Shown here: piece after piece, positions 6,390-13,823 of the stretch
Layout: every line of letters begins with the position of its first letter
Position numbering within the stretch: position 1 is the stretch's first letter
The notes under the pieces: generated by a model
Database searches by the model: none
Told to the model about the DNA's origin: nothing
The model's input: the letters and a program-made list of their open reading frames with translations, nothing else
Position numbers and translations under genes: made by a program
Source: a virus
Lineage: Duplodnaviria; Heunggongvirae; Uroviricota; Caudoviricetes
Virus record (IMG/VR): IMGVR_UViG_2579778797_000009
DNA length: 13,823 nt
Reading direction: 5' to 3' (one strand)

Positions 6390-9300
6390 TCAGCTGATAC
6401 TGATGCCTGCGGTGGCTTTCTTCATCACCACAACCAGCAAATCGCTGATACTTGCTGTGGGATACCAGTCATTTACCAGCCATGCTGACACCGAAAACTC
6501 CAGCGTCGTGTGACCGTGACCGGCAGGCATATCAATAACGCCACTGTAAATCAGCGTATTATCCAGCGCGGTACGGTTATAAATTTCAGCACCGTTTTTC
6601 CGCACTATCAGACGGCATGAGGAGTAAATATCAGTATGCTCTCTCTCATGTTTAGCGCCGCTGAATGCCACCGCCGGAATAACAATCTGCCGGTCAAACG
6701 GCTGATCGTCATAAATCCTGACGGTAATGGTCCCTGATGGCCACCGCTCCGGTGCCCGGGAGTCCCGCGGGAAAGCCTTACCCACTGTTTTGACAATATC
6801 GCCTTCAATCTGGTTGGCTGACAGTTTCCCTTTAATCTGACAGTTCTCATTTATCGTAACGTTGTTGAGCGTCCCGGCGTTCGCATTCACACTGCCACTG
6901 ATATCCGCATTTTTAGCGGTCAGCTTTCCGTCCGGTGTCAGGGAAAAGGCCGGAGGATTGCCGCCGCTGGTAATGGTGGGGGCCGTCAGGCGCTTCAGGA
7001 ACACTTCATTCATGAATATCTGATCACCCTGACCAACAAACATCGGTTTTGTGTTGCCATTCGCAGGATTAATCATCGCAATCCTGTCTGCCGCCAGCAG
7101 CACCTGACTCTGCATGCCGTCAGGGGTGTTCTCAATACCGGCACCAATACCCGCGATATAAAGGCGTCCGTCCTGCATCTGCTGCAGCTTCACAGCCCAC
7201 ATGCTGTTCAGGTTATTATTTGTATCAACCTGAACCTTCTGTATCTGCTGAATTGCAGCACTCTGGTCTTCCAGTTTCTTATTGACGGTCTGCGTGATTT
7301 CATTGCTGACATCCGTAATGGACGTCCTGATTTCAGCCAGGTCAGGCGCAAGCTGACCGTTATCAATCTGCGTCCACAGCTCCTGAGCCAGATGGGTTTT
7401 CCCTATCTCGCCTTTGAAAAAATCCAGATAACCGGATGCATCATCACTCGGCTGACCAACAGCCTCCACGAATGCCGATTTGCCAACGGTGTTCACACTG
7501 CGGATATAAAAGTAATAATCATGGCCCGGTTTGATATTGATACTGGCGGCTATCCAGTACAGCGCCGTACCAAGATAGCGTGCTGTGGTTTCAACCTGCC
7601 TGATATCCGCAATCCGCTTTTCCGAGAACCAGAACTCAAACTGTACCGTCGGATCATAAACCGCAAGATGCGGCGTGGCGGTTATCTGAAAATAGCCCGG
7701 TGTCAGCTCAATCCGAGACGGCGCTGCCGGTGCGGCAATCCGGAACGATACCGATGCCGGATCGCCCTGCTGTCCCCACGCATTTACCGCCCGGACTGTC
7801 AGCCTGTAGTTCCCCAGCGCCAGTTGCGTGAAGCGGTATGTAGTTTCCGTCGTCCGGGCCGTGCTGACCAGCCGCTCACTGCCGTCATCCGCTGCCACGG
7901 TCAGGCGAAGCATAAAGCTCACCCCCTTCACCACCTTCGGCGTGTCCCAGCGCGCCAGCACCTGATATTCCCCGCTGTCTGCGGTGACTTCGGCAGTCAG
8001 GTGCTGCACCGCTGGCGGCGTGACACCATTCACCGTGCCGCTCTGGTCGCCGTCAAAGTGCGCCCCGTTATCCACGATGGCCTCTTTTTCCGGCACATGC
8101 TGCACGGCGGTGATGGCATACGTGCCGTCGTCGTTCTCACGGATACTCACGCAGCGAAACAGTCGCTGGCGCAGCGTCGGCAGCTTCAGCCCCCATACGC
8201 TGTATTCAGCAACACCGTCAGGAACACGGCTCACTTTTACCTTCACGCCGTCGGTGGCGGACTGGACCTCCACGCTGACCGGATTGCCATTTCCGTCAAC
8301 CAGGCTTATCAGCGTGGTACCGGAGGATGGCAGCGTGATTTCACGGTCGAGCGTCAGCGTCCGGGTCTGGCTGTTCACCGCCAGCACGCGCCCACCGGTG
8401 CTGATACCCGCATAGTCATCATCACAGATTTCAATGACATCGCCCGGCACATGGCGAAGCCCTTCTGCGCCCACGCTGAAGTCCACGGTCTGCGTTTCCA
8501 GCAGTTCTGTTTTAATCAGCCACAGCCCGGCGCGGTGTGCCTGCCCCCGGCTGGTACAGCCAAAGGCATCCATCTTCGTGACATTACGACCATAACGGGC
8601 AATGGCCTGCGTATCTTCAACAAGCTCTGTCGCCGTCTCCCAGCCGTTGTCCGGGTCAATCCAGTTCACCTCAACGGCATTATGGCGGACCTTCAGGGCG
8701 CTGAAACTGTAGCGGAACGGCGCGCCATCATCCGGCATCACCACATTACTGCGGTTATAGGTCCACACCTTATCCGACGGCCGGTCCTGCACGAACGTCA
8801 GCGTCTGCCCGTTCCATACCGGCATACAGCGCATCGCCGAGCAGAAATCACTGAGCACATCCCACGCCTTACGCTGTGTGGTCAGCCAGGCATTACAGGT
8901 GATGCGCGGCTCCGTGCCGCCAAAGCCGTCCGGCACCGACTGGTCGCAGTACTGGCCGATGACATACAGCGCCCATTTATCCACATCCGCCGCACCAAGA
9001 CGTTTCCCCATGCCGTAGCGCGGGTGGGTCAGCATATCCCACAGACACCATGCCATGTTGTTGCTGTATGCTGGCTTAAACGTTCCGTCCCAGATACCGC
9101 TGTATTGCCGCGTCTGCGGGTTATAGTTCGACGGCACCTGCAGAATGCGCCCGCGAAGATGATAATTACGGCTCACCTGCTGGCTGCCGAACTGCTCCGA
9201 GTCCACCTGTACGCCGACCAGTGCCGTGTTCGGGTAGCACTGTTTCACATCGATGATTTCGGTGTATGACGACCAGAGCGTTTTGTTCTGCAGCTGGTCT

Positions 9301-9869
9301 GTGGTGCTGTCCGGCGTCATCCTGCGCATCCGGATGTTGAACGGGCGCGGCGGCAGGTTACCCACCACCACCGAGGCCAGATACTGCGAGGTGGTTTTGC
9401 CCTTAATGGTGATGTCTTTTTCCGTCACCCAGCCACCGTTACGTTGTATCTGAACCAGCAGGCGGACTTCCGACGGATTCCGGTCCCCCTTTGAGGTGGT
9501 TTCCACCAGTGCCTGCACACCGAAGGTAAAGCGCAGTCGGTCGATGTTTGCCGACGTGATGGCGCGGGTGATCGGCGTGTCGTATTTCACTTCCGTACCC
9601 AGCACCGTCTCGGAGCCGGAGGATTCAAATCCCTCCGGCGGAGTCTGCTCCTGCTCACCAGCCCGGAACACCACCGTGACACCGGCGATGTTGGTATTCC
9701 CCTCACTGTCCAGCACCGGCGTACTGTTCAGCAGCACGCTTTTTAATCCATCCACCGGACCTTCAATCGGCCCTTCACTGATGGCATCAATCACACTCAG
9801 CAACTGCGTGGATTTCAGGTTGTCCTTCGCTTCACGCGGGGTATGCCCCTTACTGCTGCCTTTACCCAT
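6390..9869 (-). CDS. J: Tail tip / host specificity protein J (central tail fibre), 1159 aa
   Basis: ATG at 9869. N-terminus [45 protein letters not shown]... and most of the first ~800 residues match recalled lambda gpJ. The C-terminal region appears divergent (see findings). Confidence 0.93.
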   Translation of the reverse strand: MGKGSSKGHTPREAKDNLKSTQLLSVIDAISEGPIEGPVDGLKSVLLNSTPVLDSEGNTNIAGVTVVFRAGEQEQTPPEGFESSGSETVLGTEVKYDTPITRAITSANIDRLRFTFGVQALVETTSKGDRNPSEVRLLVQIQRNGGWVTEKDITIKGKTTSQYLASVVVGNLPPRPFNIRMRRMTPDSTTDQLQNKTLWSSYTEIIDVKQCYPNTALVGVQVDSEQFGSQQVSRNYHLRGRILQVPSNYNPQTRQYSGIWDGTFKPAYSNNMAWCLWDMLTHPRYGMGKRLGAADVDKWALYVIGQYCDQSVPDGFGGTEPRITCNAWLTTQRKAWDVLSDFCSAMRCMPVWNGQTLTFVQDRPSDKVWTYNRSNVVMPDDGAPFRYSFSALKVRHNAVEVNWIDPDNGWETATELVEDTQAIARYGRNVTKMDAFGCTSRGQAHRAGLWLIKTELLETQTVDFSVGAEGLRHVPGDVIEICDDDYAGISTGGRVLAVNSQTRTLTLDREITLPSSGTTLISLVDGNGNPVSVEVQSATDGVKVKVSRVPDGVAEYSVWGLKLPTLRQRLFRCVSIRENDDGTYAITAVQHVPEKEAIVDNGAHFDGDQSGTVNGVTPPAVQHLTAEVTADSGEYQVLARWDTPKVVKGVSFMLRLTVAADDGSERLVSTARTTETTYRFTQLALGNYRLTVRAVNAWGQQGDPASVSFRIAAPAAPSRIELTPGYFQITATPHLAVYDPTVQFEFWFSEKRIADIRQVETTARYLGTALYWIAASINIKPGHDYYFYIRSVNTVGKSAFVEAVGQPSDDASGYLDFFKGEIGKTHLAQELWTQIDNGQLAPDLAEIRTSITDVSNEITQTVNKKLEDQSAAIQQIQKVQVDTNNNLNSMWAVKLQQMQDGRLYIAGIGAGIENTPDGMQSQVLLAADRIAMINPANGNTKPMFVGQGDQIFMNEVFLKRLTAPTITSGGNPPAFSLTPDGKLTAKNADISGSVNANAGTLNNVTINENCQIKGKLSANQIEGDIVKTVGKAFPRDSRAPERWPSGTITVRIYDDQPFDRQIVIPAVAFSGAKHEREHTDIYSSCRLIVRKNGAEIYNRTALDNTLIYSGVIDMPAGHGHTTLEFSVSAWLVNDWYPTASISDLLVVVMKKATAGISIS

Positions 9870-9929
9870 TCGTCACGCTCCATAAACGACAAAACCGCCC
9901 GCAGGCGGTTTCACATAAAACGTTTTTCA

Positions 9930-10571
9930 TCAGCGACCAATCACCACAACCTGACCACCATCACCTTCATCTGCTGTGCTGATCTCCTGAGATACCACCC
10001 GCGACCCCACACGCATTTCACCGTACAGAACGGGCAGGACATTGCCCTGGGCAACCATATTATCCAGTGAAGAAAAATAGGTGTTCTGTTTGCCGTTATC
10101 CGTTGTCTGTGTGCGGGGGGTTTTGGGTTTAGGGGCCAGCATCTGTGCAACACCGCCAAGCGTCATACTGGCACCGAGAGAAAACAGCAGATTACTCGCC
10201 ATAATTCCTCCCCCCGGCATCCATATAGCAACCGCCATAACAGCCGCCCCCAGCACAGCCTGAAACACACCGCCACTTTTGGCTCCTGCCAGACGCGGCA
10301 CGATATGGATCACAGCACCATTTGCCAGCGGTTCATTAAGACGGGCTGATAATTCCGTTTCACCTGTATCACGCCCGGCAATGCGTATCTGATACCAGCC
10401 GTCGCTCAGCTTCTGACGAAACGCCGGGATCTGCATGGCCAGCGCCCGGATGGCTTCAGCCCCCGTTTTTACACGAAGGTCGATGCGGCGGCCAAATCGT
10501 TGTAAATCCCCGTAAAGGCAGATGCGCGCCATGCCCGGTGACGCCAGAGGGAGTGTGTGCGTCGCTGCCAT
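9930..10571 (-). CDS. I: Tail tip assembly protein I, 213 aa
   Basis: ATG at 10571 with a GAGAGAGG-like Shine-Dalgarno. MAATHTLPLASPGMARICLYGDLQRFGRRIDLRVKTGAEAIRAL... matches recalled lambda gpI, with a Gly/Ala-rich hydrophobic segment and C-terminal ...EISTADEGDGGQVVVIGR. The start lies inside the 3' end of K in another frame. Confidence 0.85.
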   Translation of the reverse strand: MAATHTLPLASPGMARICLYGDLQRFGRRIDLRVKTGAEAIRALAMQIPAFRQKLSDGWYQIRIAGRDTGETELSARLNEPLANGAVIHIVPRLAGAKSGGVFQAVLGAAVMAVAIWMPGGGIMASNLLFSLGASMTLGGVAQMLAPKPKTPRTQTTDNGKQNTYFSSLDNMVAQGNVLPVLYGEMRVGSRVVSQEISTADEGDGGQVVVIGR

Positions 10572-11212
10572 TTGTCGGTATACCTCTCTCGTTTGCTCAG
10601 TTGTTCAGGAATATGGTGCAGCAGCTCGCCATCACCACAGTAAATGGCGGCATGATTCGGCACCGATGAACCAAAACAGCACAGCAGTACATCGCCCGGC
10701 TGCGCCGCTGACAACGGCACCTGATACAGCCCCGTTGCCTCCAGATTATCCAGATAGAGATTCTGGCCGTTACGCCACCAGCCATCCTCACGATGAAAAT
10801 CCGGCATCTCAATCCCCGCCAGATGATAAGCATCCCGGAACAGCGTGTAACAGTCCGTCACCCCGTGCTCAAAGCGCCGCCCGGTGAGATGCGGCACACA
10901 GCGGAACTTATGAATCGCCCCCCGGCAGACCAGCCACCACGGCAAATCACTCTGCACCTGCAGCCGCCGGTCAGCCTCACTCAGCCAGGGCAGACCACCG
11001 GGGTGGCTGTGGACCAGCGCCACAATCTCACCCTGCATTTCTGCCCGCAGCCAGTCCTCCGGAGCCATCCGGAAATAATCCTCCGGCTCACCGGAAATAT
11101 TCACGCAGGGATAATATCTTTCTCCCTCCGGCGTTCTCACCACGAAGCCGCACGACTCCGCTGGCGCACATCGCCGGGCGTGCGCCAGAATCGCTGATTC
11201 TGTCTCTGTCAT
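10469..11212 (-). CDS. K: Tail tip assembly protein K (MPN/JAB + NlpC/P60 domains), 247 aa
   Basis: ATG at 11212. MTETESAILAHARRCAPAESCGFVV... matches recalled lambda gpK. A JAMM-like HSHPGG...SEAD motif and NlpC/P60-like Cys/His context (GVTDCYTLF..., NHAAIY) are visible. Overlaps I by 103 nt out of frame. Confidence 0.88.
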   Translation of the reverse strand: MTETESAILAHARRCAPAESCGFVVRTPEGERYYPCVNISGEPEDYFRMAPEDWLRAEMQGEIVALVHSHPGGLPWLSEADRRLQVQSDLPWWLVCRGAIHKFRCVPHLTGRRFEHGVTDCYTLFRDAYHLAGIEMPDFHREDGWWRNGQNLYLDNLEATGLYQVPLSAAQPGDVLLCCFGSSVPNHAAIYCGDGELLHHIPEQLSKRERYTDKWQRRTHSLWRHRAWRASAFTGIYNDLAAASTFV

Positions 11213-11217
11213 GGGAT

Positions 11218-11916
11218 TTACTGCGAAAATTTGTTAATGGAAAGGAAGCCGCCAAAGTTGCCGACGTTATTGCGGAACTTACATCCGCTCAGGCATTTGC
11301 TGCATTTATCCTTCGTGATATCGGACGTCGGCTGGTCATATTCATCCGCGACCGCCGGACCGTGATAACCGCACTCATCGCCGCGATAGGTCCAGGTGCA
11401 GGTGTTGGCCAGCATGATACGTCCCGGAAAAACGGCACCATCCGTTTCAGTCGGAGTAGACAGCACAAAGGCCGCGCTAACCGCGTTCAGTTCGCTGCAC
11501 TGCTCGATGCGCCAGCGGCTGATCACCTCCTGCTCCGGATCGGCTTCGCTGTTTCCGTTGATGAAGTTCACCGCATCCAGAAAACGGGCGTAGACCTTAC
11601 GCCGGACCACTGTTCCGCCGACCAGACTCTGTAAATCCTCCACCATCCCGGTGACCATGCCGTGCAGGTTAGATACTTTCAGTGTTGGCCTTGCACTGGC
11701 ACCTTTGCCGTTCATCTCAAATCCACTCCCCTGAATGGGATAGGCCTGATACTGCCGACTCTGCCAGGTGACAGACTCACCTTTTTCATTCTGCTCATTG
11801 CAGAAAAAGTAGCGATCCCCGCCTACCTCTGTCAGGTCGATTTCCCAGAGCACCACGCTGGCCGACTGCTCCGCCCGAATGCATTCATTCAGTGTTTCCT
11901 GTTGTATGTCCTGCAT
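11218..11916 (-). CDS. L: Minor tail protein L, 232 aa
   Basis: ATG at 11916. MQDIQQETLNECIRAEQSASVVLWEIDLTEVGG... and the C-terminal cysteine cluster CTWTYRGDECGYHG...CSKCLSGCKF match recalled lambda gpL. Start overlaps the M stop (ATGA). Confidence 0.92.
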   Translation of the reverse strand: MQDIQQETLNECIRAEQSASVVLWEIDLTEVGGDRYFFCNEQNEKGESVTWQSRQYQAYPIQGSGFEMNGKGASARPTLKVSNLHGMVTGMVEDLQSLVGGTVVRRKVYARFLDAVNFINGNSEADPEQEVISRWRIEQCSELNAVSAAFVLSTPTETDGAVFPGRIMLANTCTWTYRGDECGYHGPAVADEYDQPTSDITKDKCSKCLSGCKFRNNVGNFGGFLSINKFSQ

Positions 11917-12254
11917 CAGATCACCACTTCGTCAAACTGACACGAAAAATCGGTATAGGTGATATGTTCTGTCGCTGACCACGTTCGACACACCACTCTG
12001 ATTTTTCTGTTAATACCCGGCGGGCGCCAAAAAAAAGATTTATAGCCTTCATGCCGGGCTAAAAATTTTTCAAATGAATCACGTTCATTCGCCTCAACTT
12101 TGAAATCACAGGTGAAAACGCGCAGAGAATGATTAAGTCCATTTGGACTTCGTTGCTCATAACCATCGCCAAATCTTACAATTTTTATCGATGGTTTATT
12201 TTCTGTTTTCATTCCATCCTCTGGTAACCAGTGAAATTCTTCCGTATTAGCCAC
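11916..12254 (-). CDS. M: Minor tail protein M (tail tip complex), divergent from lambda gpM; 112 aa
   Basis: Position between H and L with tight coupling (8-nt overlap with the H 3' end, ATGA overlap with L). Blocks VRFGDGYEQR, KSFFW and FDEVV align with recalled lambda gpM (VRFGDGYSQR, KSFLW, FEQVV), but overall similarity is low. Confidence 0.75.
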   Translation of the reverse strand: MANTEEFHWLPEDGMKTENKPSIKIVRFGDGYEQRSPNGLNHSLRVFTCDFKVEANERDSFEKFLARHEGYKSFFWRPPGINRKIRVVCRTWSATEHITYTDFSCQFDEVVI

Positions 12255-13823
12255 TTAACATTCCCCCATCACGTCGCATATTTAACAGATTGCCCTGCAC
12301 CCGCTGATCAACCATCCCCATAAGTGCTTTTATTGCCTGAGGGCCAATCTCTCCATTCTGGCCGTCATTTTGAATAGTGATTTGGTATACAGGGGCATAG
12401 GTAATATCTCCGCCTCCATTACCACTTTTACTATTAATAGCTCTGACACCAAGAGAACCATCGGAAGTTCGTGTTAATGGCATAATGGCTTCCGGTCCAG
12501 CCTCACCAAAAACACCAGCCCCTTTTGCAAAAGCAAAAAATTGCGGGGAATCATAAATACCGTTCGAATACGTGCTCAATGACGGAGACTCATAAACACC
12601 GCCCTTTGCATTCGGAATAAATTTACTAATAGCACTCCCGATAGTTCCTAAAATCCCCCCAGAAGAACTGTTACTAATGCTGTCGAAAATCCCAGTAATT
12701 GAAGCCTTTAATGCTATTCGACTAAGATCCGAAATCACGGAAGTAGCGAAAGAACGAAAATTTGCCTTGCCTGTCGTGACAAAATCACCCAGCGCATCGG
12801 TCATCCCATCAAACATCTGAGTCGTGGTTGATTTTATCTGCTCACTGATATCCTTAGTGTCATCCAGCCAGTTATTGAATCCCTGGGAGGCACCACTAAC
12901 CCAGTCTCCTGCCTGAATATCGAGCTGCTCGTTTTTCTGTCTGACAATTTCTTTTTCCCGTTCCAGAGCATCATTCAGAGCCTGCATTTTCTCTTGAAAA
13001 ACATGATCTGACATTCCACGGGATTTATCTGCATAGTCACGTTCAAGTTGCAGACGCTGATTGTTATATCCATGTTCAATCCGCAGTAATTCCTGCTGGC
13101 GTTGCTGATTTTTATCGCCAACCCCATAACCAGCAATCTGAATATCATACCCCTGCTGACGATTATCAATCGAAGCCTGCAATGAATCACGCCATGCTGT
13201 TATTTCGGCGGATTCCTTGATTAGCCTGTTATTCTTTTCAATCGCAACATTTTTCTCCATCAACGCGGTTATTTCTTCCCGGTGTAAGAGAAGCGATTTC
13301 TGATCCTGGGTTAATTTCGATGATGGTCGTGACTCCAGGTCGGCAATCCGCTGACGCCACTTAACCAGTTCCTGTTCAGAGGAACTTAATTTAACGGTCA
13401 ACTCAGCTTGTGAACTTAGTAACGCATTCTGTTGATTCAGATGATCAATCATTCGTTGGGCTGCATCATCAGAATAACCTTTCGCCTTTGGTTGCTTTGG
13501 ATCTTTATAACGCTCATTTATTTGAGCGATAAGATTATTATATTCTTCCTTTGAATACTGATTCTTTAGCTTTTCCAGTTTTGCAAGTTCACTAGCTCTC
13601 TGCTGCTCCCGGGTCTGATATTGTTTTGAAAAGGCATCTGCTCTCTGTCTGAGTTCAATTCCTTCCTGTTGTCGCTTGTTGTAATCGTTTATTGATGAAT
13701 TTAGTACGTCCTGAGCAATTTTTTCTGCTTGAAGTACGCCCAATTGCTGCTTTAATCGTGCCAGCCTTTTATTTTGAGCTCCGCCATCTCCAATGCCACC
13801 TAACCCGAAAACTCCGGGTCGGG
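12247..13823 (-). CDS. H: Tail tape measure protein H, C-terminal part (N-terminus outside the window)
   Basis: Minus-strand frame is open from the window end to the stop at 12247-12249. The apparent ORF-track start at 13743 is a TTG inside an open frame. Coiled-coil-rich sequence (...LQLERDYADKSRG..., ...ELVKWRQRIADLESR...) and position immediately upstream of M fit a tape measure. Confidence 0.8.
   Translation of the reverse strand, partial: RPGVFGLGGIGDGGAQNKRLARLKQQLGVLQAEKIAQDVLNSSINDYNKRQQEGIELRQRADAFSKQYQTREQQRASELAKLEKLKNQYSKEEYNNLIAQINERYKDPKQPKAKGYSDDAAQRMIDHLNQQNALLSSQAELTVKLSSSEQELVKWRQRIADLESRPSSKLTQDQKSLLLHREEITALMEKNVAIEKNNRLIKESAEITAWRDSLQASIDNRQQGYDIQIAGYGVGDKNQQRQQELLRIEHGYNNQRLQLERDYADKSRGMSDHVFQEKMQALNDALEREKEIVRQKNEQLDIQAGDWVSGASQGFNNWLDDTKDISEQIKSTTTQMFDGMTDALGDFVTTGKANFRSFATSVISDLSRIALKASITGIFDSISNSSSGGILGTIGSAISKFIPNAKGGVYESPSLSTYSNGIYDSPQFFAFAKGAGVFGEAGPEAIMPLTRTSDGSLGVRAINSKSGNGGGDITYAPVYQITIQNDGQNGEIGPQAIKALMGMVDQRVQGNLLNMRRDGGMLSG

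Noticed and set aside
7392-9269. 625-aa plus-strand ORF
   Set aside because: Lies entirely antisense to J. It is extremely Arg/His/Pro-rich, as expected for the reverse frame of a GC-rich gene, has no ribosome-binding site context, and J on the opposite strand has clear homology.
10522-11197. Plus-strand ORFs of 121 and 134 aa antisense to K
   Set aside because: Arg/Pro-rich antisense artefacts within a gene that has clear homology on the other strand.
12247-13743. Apparent complete 498-aa ORF for the tape measure gene
   Set aside because: The start at 13743 is a TTG inside a frame that stays open to the window edge (13823). The gene is the 3' part of a much longer H gene, not a complete ORF.

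Overview
The window joins a host chromosomal locus to the tail end of a lambda-like prophage. Host side (1-2665): the 3' end of an IS1 copy (insB C-terminus and right inverted repeat), the sRNA gene micC on the minus strand, the quiescent porin gene ompN, the universal stress protein gene uspF, and a 17-codon 5' fragment of ttcA that marks the prophage attachment junction. Prophage side (about 2666 to the window end, all genes on the minus strand, lambda late-operon order): tape measure H (partial), M, L, K, I, J, the moron lom, and a mosaic side tail fibre (stf), followed by a short in-frame remnant of tfa. No rRNA, tRNA, CRISPR array or recognisable defence/toxin system is present, and every sizeable ORF is accounted for by these genes. 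The most interesting features are the mosaic tail fibre (lambda-like N-terminus, self-chaperoning C-terminus, tfa reduced to a remnant), the compact prophage end with phased GCCCC/T-tract repeats and an orphan plus-strand terminator, and the IS1 insertion next to micC. All homology calls are from recalled protein and RNA sequences and motifs read in the translations; none has been confirmed by a database search.
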